This document shows, one piece after another, positions 37,693 through 47,643 of a DNA stretch of 64,000 bases. The number at the start of each line of letters is the position of its first letter. The first letter of the stretch is position 1. The notes under the pieces were generated by a model that was given only the letters and a program-made list of their open reading frames with translations, was not told the origin of the DNA and did no database searches. This DNA is from Candidatus Woesearchaeota archaeon (GTDB lineage: Archaea > Nanobdellota > Nanobdellia > Woesearchaeales > WJKL01). Position numbers and translations under genes: made by a program. The stretch is taken from the NCBI GenBank assembly GCA_014729145.1, contig WJKL01000016.1:225-64224 (forward strand), read 5' to 3'.

Positions 37693-38544
37693 TTATTGTT
37701 TTCTTATCTGAACTATCTTTCCAATCCTTGATATGTATCCATAATCTAATTTAATCGAAAGAGAAGTCAAATATGCTCCAGCTCCTGCCAGTATTTCTGT
37801 ATAGCATTCTATCTTTTCATCTTCTTCTAATTCAATATTGTTTTTTGTGCATGTTATCGGTACATTAGCAAGTCTTACCTCATCTAGTGTGATGTTGTCT
37901 TTAATATCACCCTCTCCTTTATTTTCCATATAGATATTGAATTTTATCCTTATCCTGTTTTCAAAAGGAACAGCCTCCTGTTGTATCTTTGTTACTGCAA
38001 CAGGAGCTCCCTGACCATCAGATAAAATAATCTCTTTTGGTTCACAAATCTTTTCTTTAGTTTTTACATGGCTGTATATATCTGGATTTATGCATACTTC
38101 TGCTCCTGCTTCTGTCTGATAATCATATCTTGTTATTATCTTGAACCTAGCTGGATCTGTTTCTTTTATCTTGGGAAAATCTATATTTTTCCCTCGGAAA
38201 TTTATTATTTCATATCCTCCTTCAGGAAATCCGGGCTTTTTGCCTTCTATATTAAAATATTTTCCATGCTCATTTATCTGAATCTTGCTTTGATCATACC
38301 CAGAGACTGAAATTTCTCCATTTTCAATATCATAAGCTCCTTTATTTCTTAATTCCAAACCTATTATAAATTCACTTCCCTCTGAAATCTCATCAGGAGG
38401 GAGATTTCTAACAAAATTCATCTCAAGACCCTGGGTTCCTTTGTGATATTCAATCAATTCCGGCTCTAAGTTAGGTGTAGTTCTTCCGCATCCAGTAACC
38501 AAGATGAGGAATCCAATAACTAATAAAATCAATATTTTTTTCAT
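37693..38544 (-). CDS. Putative secreted lipoprotein, paralog 1
   Basis: 283 aa. Signal peptide plus LVTGCGR. Motifs HKGTQGLEMNF, LELRNKGAYDI, PEGGY, DGQGAPVAVTKI. Confidence 0.5.
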   Translation of the reverse strand: MKKILILLVIGFLILVTGCGRTTPNLEPELIEYHKGTQGLEMNFVRNLPPDEISEGSEFIIGLELRNKGAYDIENGEISVSGYDQSKIQINEHGKYFNIEGKKPGFPEGGYEIINFRGKNIDFPKIKETDPARFKIITRYDYQTEAGAEVCINPDIYSHVKTKEKICEPKEIILSDGQGAPVAVTKIQQEAVPFENRIRIKFNIYMENKGEGDIKDNITLDEVRLANVPITCTKNNIELEEDEKIECYTEILAGAGAYLTSLSIKLDYGYISRIGKIVQIRKQ

Positions 38545-38548
38545 TGTT

Positions 38549-40561
38549 TTAGGCTATGCCTGGACTTACCAGGTCTATCTTTTTTTGCTTGGTGTATTTA
38601 TAGGTATAAGTCATTTCTGACTTAAACTCTATTGGATAATCTTCAAAATCCTTAATATTCTTCAATTCTTCAGGAACAATCAAATCACAAGTTAAGCGAG
38701 GAGGTTTGTCTGTTCCCTCCCATATTATATTATTATCTTGGGTTATTATGTATCCTTCTTTTTCACAGTTGCCTGAAGGAATTATTCCATATTCTCTTAA
38801 GTCTATAAGAACTTTTTTTATAGATAAAAGCTCGCCTCCTTTCTCCTTTTTGAGGTCTTCATATTTTCCAGTAAAAGTCAATGTAGCTTTATCATAGATA
38901 AGCTTATCTGCCCCTATCCTGAAAGTATAAACTGCAAATTCATCCCCAGTTATAGATGCTTTGCTTTCCCTTGGTGAAGAATCAGTTGCCTGCTGAACTT
39001 CTTGTTTTTCTCTGCTGTCCATCCATATATTTTCTCCTACAAATATTCTCTCCAATACTGCTGTGGTTGTGATGTCTTCAGCTGTTACCTCAAATACAGC
39101 AGTAACACTTCTCTGTTCAGGATAAGGAAGGTCAGGAGCACAATATACCAGATCCTTGTCCTTTCCTTTTACTGTGATCTCTCTAGCTCTGGAAGGATTT
39201 ATTATTCCAGGAATTTTATTCTCATCAGAGGTTTTAAACAAACAAGATAGTTTAATATTTACTGGATTATTTATGGGGGATTCTAAGATAACATTCATAG
39301 GTATCCCTTCTCTACTGTTTGATGGAATATCACTATACCATGCAGCATCTGTAAGTTCTTCAAATCTAATATTGGTGGCAGTATATTCTTCTTTTATCTC
39401 CACTTCCACCCCTTTTCCAAGCGCTTTATTTATACACTCTTCGCGTTCTTCTGTTTCTGCTTCATATTCCGAGCATACTCTTTCTGCATTTCTTTGATTT
39501 AGACATTCATCGTAATTTTCCTGGCGGGAACAATAAACAGGATCCATCAAAGACCCCCAGGTATCACCAATATTTTTTAAGGATCCGGCAATAAATCCTT
39601 TGGCTTCTTCTACCTGTTCAGGTTCAAGGCCTGCTTCAATCCTTCCAAGCTGCACTGCTCCGTTCCAGAATGCAAAGACATTTATTATAATAATAAAAAA
39701 AGTCATCACATTCATCCATGTGGGCTTTTCTTTTGTGGTTATTATTATCGCATATATCCAGATGGGAATTATCAGCCTGTTGGAGATGATGGGATTATTT
39801 ACATAATTTGCCAGAATTCCAAATCCAAAAAAATCTATAAACAAAAGAATGGAAGCTATAAAATTTGCAGTTGTCTTGTCTCCTGAAACAGGGTACAAAT
39901 AAAAAACATAAAAAGATATGGCAAATAGGAGGTGAATTATACTTCCTGAATCAACTCCACCTAATGTTATTATCAGACTTCCTACTTCAAGCAAAAGGAA
40001 GAAAGACAAGAATTCTTTTTTGTTGGGTTTTTTCAATACAAGATATGCTATCGCCAATACCAGTACAACCCCATTTAAAAAAAGTCTTGCCATGTTTTCA
40101 GGGCTGAGCTGCACGAATCTTGACAAAAATAATCCAACATCTATCCCATTAAATCTTGTTAAAAATAAATCTAACAAGTATAAAACAATAGCCAGAATAA
40201 ACCACATTCCTGCTCCGCCAGTTGGTTTACTGCTTGTTTTTCGTTTTCCCTTTTTTAATGTGCCAAAGGCAGCACCTCCTGCAGATAATGCTCCTGTGCC
40301 AGCCAATTTTAAACCTTTTCCAGCAAGTTTTGCGCCTTTTTTTAATCCTGGTTTAACATCATAAGTGGCCGCACGCCCTGTAGCAGACAATCCTTTTTTT
40401 CCTGTTTCTACTGGGTGTCTTACTGCTTTAGTTCCTTTTTTTATTCCTTTCCAAGCACCTTTTCCCCCTTTTGTAAAAGTAGGGAATACTTTAGCTAATT
40501 TTTCTTTTAATCCTTTTTCAGTAAGTTCTTCTTCTACCTCTTTTTTATCATCTTCAGCCAT
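38549..40561 (-). CDS. Large polytopic membrane protein. Lys/Gly-rich cytoplasmic N-terminus, about 7 TM helices, roughly 330-aa C-terminal extracytoplasmic domain.
   Basis: 670 aa. N-terminal low-complexity KGxK/AGxG repeats. Hydrophobic core from about 120-300 aa. Cys-containing C-terminal domain. 4 bp upstream of paralog 1. Confidence 0.45.
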   Translation of the reverse strand: MAEDDKKEVEEELTEKGLKEKLAKVFPTFTKGGKGAWKGIKKGTKAVRHPVETGKKGLSATGRAATYDVKPGLKKGAKLAGKGLKLAGTGALSAGGAAFGTLKKGKRKTSSKPTGGAGMWFILAIVLYLLDLFLTRFNGIDVGLFLSRFVQLSPENMARLFLNGVVLVLAIAYLVLKKPNKKEFLSFFLLLEVGSLIITLGGVDSGSIIHLLFAISFYVFYLYPVSGDKTTANFIASILLFIDFFGFGILANYVNNPIISNRLIIPIWIYAIIITTKEKPTWMNVMTFFIIIINVFAFWNGAVQLGRIEAGLEPEQVEEAKGFIAGSLKNIGDTWGSLMDPVYCSRQENYDECLNQRNAERVCSEYEAETEEREECINKALGKGVEVEIKEEYTATNIRFEELTDAAWYSDIPSNSREGIPMNVILESPINNPVNIKLSCLFKTSDENKIPGIINPSRAREITVKGKDKDLVYCAPDLPYPEQRSVTAVFEVTAEDITTTAVLERIFVGENIWMDSREKQEVQQATDSSPRESKASITGDEFAVYTFRIGADKLIYDKATLTFTGKYEDLKKEKGGELLSIKKVLIDLREYGIIPSGNCEKEGYIITQDNNIIWEGTDKPPRLTCDLIVPEELKNIKDFEDYPIEFKSEMTYTYKYTKQKKIDLVSPGIA

Positions 40562-40617
40562 TTTAATTTAATTAAAAGAACTCTTTTGTTCACCTCTTTT
40601 TTTTATTTAAATTTAAT

Positions 40618-41811
40618 TTAAGTTTCCAATGAAACCTTTAATTCAACTATGTCAAGCACTTCTTCGGGTTCTATCTTAAATGCATTGTTGCCCAGGTCAA
40701 CCCATTTACTTATAGTCTGGTTGAATTCTACTTCGGTCTGGTCAAGCCTTATCAGGCGGTTATTAATAGTGATATCTGCAACTTTTTCACTAACATCATC
40801 AACAAACTCGATATACAATACCGCTTCTGTTCCATTTTCTTCAATCTCTTCAAAATCGTCTCTTTCTATTTCAAAATAATAGACAGGAGCAACTGCCTCT
40901 TTTAATTCTGAGTTTAACATTATATTATCAATAAGATATCTTCCTTTGTTTGTAAAGAATTTTAATATGTTTTCTCCTGCAACCAACCTTTCAGGAATGA
41001 ACTCTAGCGGCCTTATAGGTACATTACAATCAGCAACTGCAGAGTAAAGTTCATAATTGTTTACTTGGACTGTGAGTGTTCCTGCTTCACCCTGGGTGCA
41101 GTCAGGAGTAAACCTTAATTTTACTTTTTCCATATTGTTTATCTCTTCTTCACTAGCTACAAAAGCCAAAGCACTTTCCTGGGTCTCTTTTCTGAGGATA
41201 TCTGCAGTAACAAGTATGTCTTCCAAAGAATATTCATTTGTTCTCCAAAATGCAGCACCAGGAGAGGAAACCTCAAATTCAACTAAATTATCTCCCTGGA
41301 TAAGGTGCTCATTAAGGTTAATGGGATTTATATTACCTGTTTCTTGTTCTTTGTCAAATATTTCATTTCCATTTAATCTTATCATAAGCCTTCCTTGGCC
41401 TTCTTCTATATAAAAATTCAACAACGCATCTTTTATACTATCCATGTCTGTTATCTCAAATGTTATATTATTTTGGTTGTTTCTGAACAATGATCTGCTG
41501 GTGTATAAAGAATTCAGTTTTTTGAGTTCCATACCTTCTTCTCCAACATATATACTTACAGCTGGAAATGATTTTTCAAATTCTCTTTTTTCTGCAGGAA
41601 AGAGTCTTCCAGGAGATTCAGAAAGCAGTATATCAATCTCTTTTCCTTTTTCTTTAGCTTCTTCTAATTCATCCTCTCCCAATATCTTTTCTCTTTCTTC
41701 AGGAGGAATCAATAATATATATAATATAATAAACAGACCAATCAGCGCTATCAAGACAGCAGCTGCTGAAGCATTATTTCCCTGCGCTTTTTTCTTCAAT
41801 TTTGAAAACAT
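40618..41811 (-). CDS. N-terminally membrane-anchored extracytoplasmic protein (first gene of the surface-protein operon)
   Basis: 397 aa. Single N-terminal TM or signal-anchor (AAAVLIALIGLFIILYILLI). Acidic, beta-rich remainder. Confidence 0.4.
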   Translation of the reverse strand: MFSKLKKKAQGNNASAAAVLIALIGLFIILYILLIPPEEREKILGEDELEEAKEKGKEIDILLSESPGRLFPAEKREFEKSFPAVSIYVGEEGMELKKLNSLYTSRSLFRNNQNNITFEITDMDSIKDALLNFYIEEGQGRLMIRLNGNEIFDKEQETGNINPINLNEHLIQGDNLVEFEVSSPGAAFWRTNEYSLEDILVTADILRKETQESALAFVASEEEINNMEKVKLRFTPDCTQGEAGTLTVQVNNYELYSAVADCNVPIRPLEFIPERLVAGENILKFFTNKGRYLIDNIMLNSELKEAVAPVYYFEIERDDFEEIEENGTEAVLYIEFVDDVSEKVADITINNRLIRLDQTEVEFNQTISKWVDLGNNAFKIEPEEVLDIVELKVSLET

Positions 41812-41905
41812 AGTTTACACCTCTTAGATGAACACTTTTTAAATATCAGTTGTTTATACTAAAATGATAAAGTATATATAAATGTTTTTCTAAATTTCGT
41901 ATATA

Positions 41906-42964
41906 ATGAAGATAATAAGAAAAAACCTGAAAAAAAGCGAAATAAAGGTTAAAATTGACAATCTTGATGATCTGTGGTATTTAAGCCATATAATCGAAGA
42001 AGGTGATGTTATCAGCGGAAAGACTGTAAGAAAGATCAAGATAGGTGAGAAAGAACAGAGAAGAACAGAAACTACGAAAAAGAATATTTTTATCTCTATT
42101 GAGGTGGAAAAAGTTGAGTTTAAAGAAGATATATTGAGAGTCTCAGGCGTTGTTAGGGAAGGGCTGGAAGAAGTTCCAAAAGGAAGCCACCACACATTTA
42201 ATTTTAAAGAGAATACAATAGCAGAAATAAAAAAAGAGAAATGGCTTAAATTTCAGCTGGACAAACTGGATGAAGCTGCTTCATTTAAACAGCCAGCAAT
42301 CTTAATATGCATACTGAATAGAGAAGAAGCGATATTTGCATTGTCGAAAAGAAAAGGATATAATATATTAACATCTTTGGAAGGAGAGGTTCAGAAAAAG
42401 GAAGAAAAAGCTGTAGCAAAAGGAAGCTTTTATGAAGATATCATCAAAATGTTGAAGGAATATTCAGCAAGGTACAAGACAGAACATATTATCCTTGCAA
42501 GCCCTGCTTTTTGGAAAGAGGAGCTGATGAATAGAATTGAAGATGAAAAATTAAAAAAAAATATTATAACAGCTACATGCAGCAGTGTGGGAGAAAATGC
42601 AGTCAATGAAGTTTTGAAAAGGCCCGAGACAAGAGAAGTACTGAAAAAAGACAGGGTTTCAAGGGAATTGAAGCTGGTCGAAGAGCTGCTGACCGAGATA
42701 TCCAAACAGGAATTAGGTTCTTACGGGTTAAAAGAGGTGGAAAAAGCAGCAGCTGCCGGAGCAGTCAAGGTTTTATTGATAACAGATAATTTTATAGACA
42801 AAAAAAGAGATGAGGGAAAATACAAGAAAGTTGATGAAGTGATGAAGATGACAGATAAGACAAAAGGAGGAGTCCATATCATAAGCAGTGAGTTTGAAGG
42901 TGGAAAGAGATTAGACGGTTTGGGAGGAATAGGGGCTATATTAAGGTACAAATTGAATTACTGA
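41906..42964 (+). CDS. pelA: Pelota/Dom34 mRNA surveillance factor
   Basis: 352 aa. eRF1-like three-domain layout without a GGQ motif. C-terminal GGKRLDGLGGIGAILRY. Confidence 0.75.
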   Translation: MKIIRKNLKKSEIKVKIDNLDDLWYLSHIIEEGDVISGKTVRKIKIGEKEQRRTETTKKNIFISIEVEKVEFKEDILRVSGVVREGLEEVPKGSHHTFNFKENTIAEIKKEKWLKFQLDKLDEAASFKQPAILICILNREEAIFALSKRKGYNILTSLEGEVQKKEEKAVAKGSFYEDIIKMLKEYSARYKTEHIILASPAFWKEELMNRIEDEKLKKNIITATCSSVGENAVNEVLKRPETREVLKKDRVSRELKLVEELLTEISKQELGSYGLKEVEKAAAAGAVKVLLITDNFIDKKRDEGKYKKVDEVMKMTDKTKGGVHIISSEFEGGKRLDGLGGIGAILRYKLNY

Positions 42965-43005
42965 TCTTTTAGAATTAAAAATAAATTTTTTAAAAATCAA
43001 TTTTT

Positions 43006-44406
43006 TTATTTTTTGTGCTGACCTCTTTTTATCAATGCATCCATAGCTAGTGCAGCTTTTTTAATATCATGATAATTTGGTATTTGGTTTGCTTCCAGTA
43101 TATTTCTGGACCGTTTGCTGAATCTTCCTCCCATATAAACACAGATAATGGGTTTTTGAGGGTATTTTTTTGAAAGTTCTATAATAATATTTGCATCTTC
43201 TTCTGGATCTGTCATAGTCTGAAGTGTCTGTATCACTATCAAACCAAAGATATATTTTTCTTTCAGAAGGGTTTCCATAGCGGCCCTGTACCTTTCTGGA
43301 AGAGCATCACCTACTATGTCAAGAGGATTTGCTTTTGAATATGCAGGATGCATTTTTCCTGTCTTATCCAATTTTTCAACTGTGGATTTTTTTAACTTAA
43401 CTATATTTACCCCTAATTCAGTGCAGTGGTCTGCAGCAAGAACGCCACATCCTCCTCCATTTGTGACAATCGCCACTGCATTTTCTTTGCATGGAGGCTG
43501 GTTGGCAAGAGCTTTGGCAAGATCAAAAAGCTCTTCTATGGTATCTGCAATTATCACATTGCTCTGCCTGAATGCAGCCTTGTATATTTCATAAGATCCA
43601 GCAAGCGACCCTGTGTGGGAAGCTATAGCTTTTGTCCCTTCTTCTGTTCTTCCTGCTTTTAAGATTATTATGGGTTTTTTCTTTGATGCTTTAGATGCAA
43701 CTTCCATGAATCTTTTCCCGTCTTTTAGCCCCTCCAAATAAACGGCAATAGCATCTGTTTTTTCATCTTTAGAAAGATATTCAATAAAATCATGAATATC
43801 AATGTCTGCTCTATTTCCATAAGATATTATATTAGAAAATTTATAATGATTTTCAATTGCCCAATCAATTATACTGTCAGCAATAGCTCCTGACTGGGAG
43901 ACAAAAGCAATGTTTCCTTCAGGAGGCATTGCAGGGGCAAAGCTGGCATTAAGATTCGAGGAAGGACGGATTATTCCAAGACAATTAGGGCCAATAAGAG
44001 GGATGTCTGCTTTTTGTGCAATATTTTTTATTTTTTCCTGAAGCTTTTCTCCCTGTTCTCCAAGCTCTGCAAAACCTGCTGATATTACAATCATAGCCTT
44101 TACTTTTTTCTTAACACAATCCATCATCACTGAAGGAACGATCTTAGCGGGAACAGCGATCACTGCCAGATCAACATCTTCTTTTATTTCTGTTATCTTT
44201 GGAAAAGACCTGATATTTAGAATCTTGTCTGCGTTAGGATTTACTGCATATATTCTTCCCTTAAATGGCTTGCAATATTCATTCTCAAATACACATCCCT
44301 TTACTATGTTTTTTAATATTCCATAACCTACCGAATCAGGATCTCTGGAAGCTCCGATTACAGCGACACTTTTTGGTTTGAATAATTTTTCAAGTTTATT
44401 TTTCAT
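43006..44406 (-). CDS. Acetyl-CoA synthetase (ADP-forming) alpha subunit
   Basis: 466 aa. CoA-binding N-terminal domain (KSVAVIGASRDPDSVGYG). Succinyl-CoA synthetase-like ligase-CoA domain with phospho-His loop region (IASHTGSLAGS). Confidence 0.75.
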   Translation of the reverse strand: MKNKLEKLFKPKSVAVIGASRDPDSVGYGILKNIVKGCVFENEYCKPFKGRIYAVNPNADKILNIRSFPKITEIKEDVDLAVIAVPAKIVPSVMMDCVKKKVKAMIVISAGFAELGEQGEKLQEKIKNIAQKADIPLIGPNCLGIIRPSSNLNASFAPAMPPEGNIAFVSQSGAIADSIIDWAIENHYKFSNIISYGNRADIDIHDFIEYLSKDEKTDAIAVYLEGLKDGKRFMEVASKASKKKPIIILKAGRTEEGTKAIASHTGSLAGSYEIYKAAFRQSNVIIADTIEELFDLAKALANQPPCKENAVAIVTNGGGCGVLAADHCTELGVNIVKLKKSTVEKLDKTGKMHPAYSKANPLDIVGDALPERYRAAMETLLKEKYIFGLIVIQTLQTMTDPEEDANIIIELSKKYPQKPIICVYMGGRFSKRSRNILEANQIPNYHDIKKAALAMDALIKRGQHKK

Positions 44407-45043
44407 GTTCTAATATTCTCATGTCAACAACTAGTGCAGATTTTTCATCTGCAATGACTGGATTAAAATCAATCTCCTGTATATTTTTGTTTTCCAAGGC
44501 AAGCTTAGATATCTTGGTCAGCAGATTTACAAGCGCAGAAATTTTCACAGGTTTTTTGCCTCTGACACCTTTTAATATCTTATATCCTTTTATCTCCTGG
44601 ACCATCTCTTTTGCTTGTTTATTATCTATGGGAGCAATCCTAAACGAAATATCTTCCAATACCTCAACAAAAACGCCCCCTAACCCAAACAATAAGACGA
44701 CATCAAACTGCGGATCCCTTTTCATACCTATGATTATCTCTGTCCCTGAGACCATCTTTTGCATCAGGATGTCGGCATCCTTGATCTTTTTTTTGCTGAT
44801 GATCTTTGATAATTTTTCATATGCCGCTACAACCTGTTTCTGATCCTGTAGATTATTTTCAACCCCTTTGATCTCAGTCTTATGGATTACAGATGAAGAA
44901 GAAATCTTCAATACAACAGGAAAACCTATTTTTTTTGAGAGTTCAGCTGCATTTTTTTCAGAACCGACGATTTGGGATATAGGATAAGCGATATTATATT
45001 TATCCAAAAGTTTTTTTGTCTTTTTGAAATCCAGTTTTTTCAT
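44396..45043 (-). CDS. Acetyl-CoA synthetase (ADP-forming) beta subunit (ATP-grasp)
   Basis: 215 aa ATP-grasp fold (GFPVVLKISSSSVIHKTEIKGV). Overlaps the alpha-subunit start. Confidence 0.7.
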   Translation of the reverse strand: MKKLDFKKTKKLLDKYNIAYPISQIVGSEKNAAELSKKIGFPVVLKISSSSVIHKTEIKGVENNLQDQKQVVAAYEKLSKIISKKKIKDADILMQKMVSGTEIIIGMKRDPQFDVVLLFGLGGVFVEVLEDISFRIAPIDNKQAKEMVQEIKGYKILKGVRGKKPVKISALVNLLTKISKLALENKNIQEIDFNPVIADEKSALVVDMRILEHEK

Positions 45044-45255
45044 CCTACTGCTTCAAGATTTTTAAATTATTTAAACTTTGTTATAATTTTTAGCCAAACA
45101 AAACAACCTAAATATTTATATATGAGTTCTATTTTTATGACTCTTGAGAGATTAATCACATCTGCAGCGAAGTGAAAAAAGATAACATATTTATAGTGGT
45201 AATCGTTTGTTGTATACAAGCAATAGTAAAATGCCAAAAAAGAGGGGGGTTATAA

Positions 45256-46065
45256 ATGATTGTTAAAGACGAATTTTTAAGCAAACTAAGAAGGTTTTTT
45301 GCTTTAAACTTATATGAGGTTAAGATATGGACTGCACTGCTTTCTCGAGGAGTTTCCACAGCAGGAGAGTTATCAGACATCGCAAATGTTCCGCGGAGCA
45401 GAAGCTACGATGTTCTTGAAAGCCTTGAGAAAAAAGGTTTTGTTGTAATGAAATTGGGAAAGCCAATAAAATATATCGCAGTACCTCCTTCAGAAGTTAT
45501 CGAAAGAGTCAAGAAAAATATGAAAGAAGAAGCTGACAAAAAAGTAAAGAAGCTTGAAGATTTAAAAGATACAGAGTTGCTTAATGAATTAAACACCTTA
45601 CATACACAAGGTATAGAATTGATAGAACCTACTGATCTAAGCGGCAGCCTTAAGGGCAGACATAATCTTTACAATCATCTGGAGTTAACCATCAGGAATG
45701 CAGAAGATGCAGTAACAATAATGACTACAGACAAAGGACTGATGAGAAAGATCGAGGGTCTTAAGCCTGTCTTTGAAAAACTGAACAAGAAAGGCGTCAA
45801 TATCAAGATAGCTGCACCAATCACAAAAGAAAACAAAAATTCTTTAAAGGATGTTGCGAGTTTGGTAGAGGTAAGGCACCTAAAGGATAAAGATCCTAAT
45901 GCCAGGTTCTGTGTGGTTGATAATAAAGATGTTATCTTTATGCTGATGGATGACAAAGAAGTCCATCCTACAAATGATACAGGAATTTGGGTTAAATCTC
46001 CTTTTTTTGCAAGTGCATTAACAGGCTTGTTTGACAACGCCTGGAAAGGTATGAAAAAACCATAA
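45256..46065 (+). CDS. TrmB-family transcriptional regulator (paralog 2)
   Basis: 269 aa. wHTH nearly identical to the ORF at 16835 (IWTALLSRGVSTAGELSDIANVPRSRSYDVLESLEKKGF) and the same C-terminal domain. Confidence 0.8.
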   Translation: MIVKDEFLSKLRRFFALNLYEVKIWTALLSRGVSTAGELSDIANVPRSRSYDVLESLEKKGFVVMKLGKPIKYIAVPPSEVIERVKKNMKEEADKKVKKLEDLKDTELLNELNTLHTQGIELIEPTDLSGSLKGRHNLYNHLELTIRNAEDAVTIMTTDKGLMRKIEGLKPVFEKLNKKGVNIKIAAPITKENKNSLKDVASLVEVRHLKDKDPNARFCVVDNKDVIFMLMDDKEVHPTNDTGIWVKSPFFASALTGLFDNAWKGMKKP

Positions 46066-46115
46066 GTTATTTTTTCTTTTCTTTAACATAAGATTTTTAA
46101 ACTAATCATATCTTT

Positions 46116-47642
46116 TTGGATATAATGGATATCAATAAACTTATCAACAAACTTCATCCATTGGAAAGAAAGGTTTTGCCTGTTTTAGACAAATCAGAGG
46201 AACTTAAAGATATTTCTAAAAAAGCAGGATTAAAAGAAGTTGAAGCTATGCGGGCACTGCAGTGGCTGAGCAATAAAGAAATTCTTAAAATCAAAGAAGA
46301 TATTAAAGAAGTTGCTGAACTAGGAAAGAATGGAAAAGAATATCTGGAAAAAGGAATGCCTGAAAAAAGATTTTTAGATGTCATCAAAGATAAGGCAAAA
46401 GATGAAGATAAGATAAAGGAGAAGCTGAATAAACAAGAATATGGAGCATGCATAGGAATACTAAAAAAGAATTCAACGATCGCAATAAGCAAGGAAAAAG
46501 GAAAATTAAAATTTAAGGCTACGCCTGCAGTGAAATTCTTTTTGGAGAACCTAAAGAAAACAGAAGAATTTTTGAAAAAAGATTTTCCGGTAGAGTTAAA
46601 CAAACTTTCTACTGAAGAAAGAAAGATTCTAGAGGAGCTGAAAAAAAGAAAAGATATAATTGAAGTTGATATAAAGAAATCAAAAAGAATCGAACTGACA
46701 GATATCGGAAAACGAATCCTAAAAAAAGGCATCAAAGGAAAAGTAGAGGATAAATTGACATCAGAGATGCTAAAAAAAGGAAGCTGGAAAAACAAAAAAT
46801 TTAGGGGATATGATGTAAGCATCAATGTTCCTGTCAAGTTCGGCGGAAAGAAACAGCATTACAGAAGATTCCTGGATGAAGTAAGAAATAAGTTTATTTC
46901 TTTGGGTTTTATAGAGATGGACGGGCCAATAGTTGAAAGTGATTTTTGGGATATGGATGTATTGTATATGCCTCAGTTTCATTCTGCAAGAGATATACAT
47001 GAGGCTTATTATGTCAAAGATCCAGAATTTTCTGATATCAGCAAGAAAATTTTAGATAATGTCAAAAAAGCTCACGAAAATGGTTTTGATACAGGGAGTA
47101 AAGGCTGGGGTTATAAGTTTGACCCTCTAAGGACCAAAAGGAACTTATTGAGGACACAGGGAACAGCATGTTCTGCAAGGATGCTCGCTTCTGACGAGCT
47201 GAAAATTCCAGCAAAATACTTTGCTATTACAAGGTGCTTTAGATATGATGTTATCGACGCAACACATCTTCCTGATTTTAACCAAGTTGAAGGGATAGTT
47301 GTAGAGGAAGGCCTGAATATCAAACATCTTTTTGGGCTGCTTCAGATGTTTGCAAGAAAATTTGCAGACACCGAAGAGATTAAATTAGTGCCTGGGTATT
47401 TTCCTTTTACTGAACCTTCAGTAGAATTATTTGCAAAACACCCTGAATTAGGGTGGATAGAGCTCGGAGGGGCAGGTATTTTCAGACCTGAAGTAACAAA
47501 GCCATTAGGAATAAACGTTCCAGTGATTGCCTGGGGTTTAGGGATAGACAGGATTGCGATGTTTAAATTAGGGTTAAAAGATATAAGGGACCTGTTCAGC
47601 CATAATCTTGATGTGTTGAGAAAGACAAAGGTGAATATTTAA
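46116..47642 (+). CDS. pheS: Phenylalanyl-tRNA synthetase alpha subunit
   Basis: 508 aa. Class II aaRS motifs (motif 2 FRPEVT..., motif 3 GLGIDRIAM). N-terminal wH repeats. Confidence 0.85.
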   Translation: MDIMDINKLINKLHPLERKVLPVLDKSEELKDISKKAGLKEVEAMRALQWLSNKEILKIKEDIKEVAELGKNGKEYLEKGMPEKRFLDVIKDKAKDEDKIKEKLNKQEYGACIGILKKNSTIAISKEKGKLKFKATPAVKFFLENLKKTEEFLKKDFPVELNKLSTEERKILEELKKRKDIIEVDIKKSKRIELTDIGKRILKKGIKGKVEDKLTSEMLKKGSWKNKKFRGYDVSINVPVKFGGKKQHYRRFLDEVRNKFISLGFIEMDGPIVESDFWDMDVLYMPQFHSARDIHEAYYVKDPEFSDISKKILDNVKKAHENGFDTGSKGWGYKFDPLRTKRNLLRTQGTACSARMLASDELKIPAKYFAITRCFRYDVIDATHLPDFNQVEGIVVEEGLNIKHLFGLLQMFARKFADTEEIKLVPGYFPFTEPSVELFAKHPELGWIELGGAGIFRPEVTKPLGINVPVIAWGLGIDRIAMFKLGLKDIRDLFSHNLDVLRKTKVNI

Positions 47643-47643
47643 T

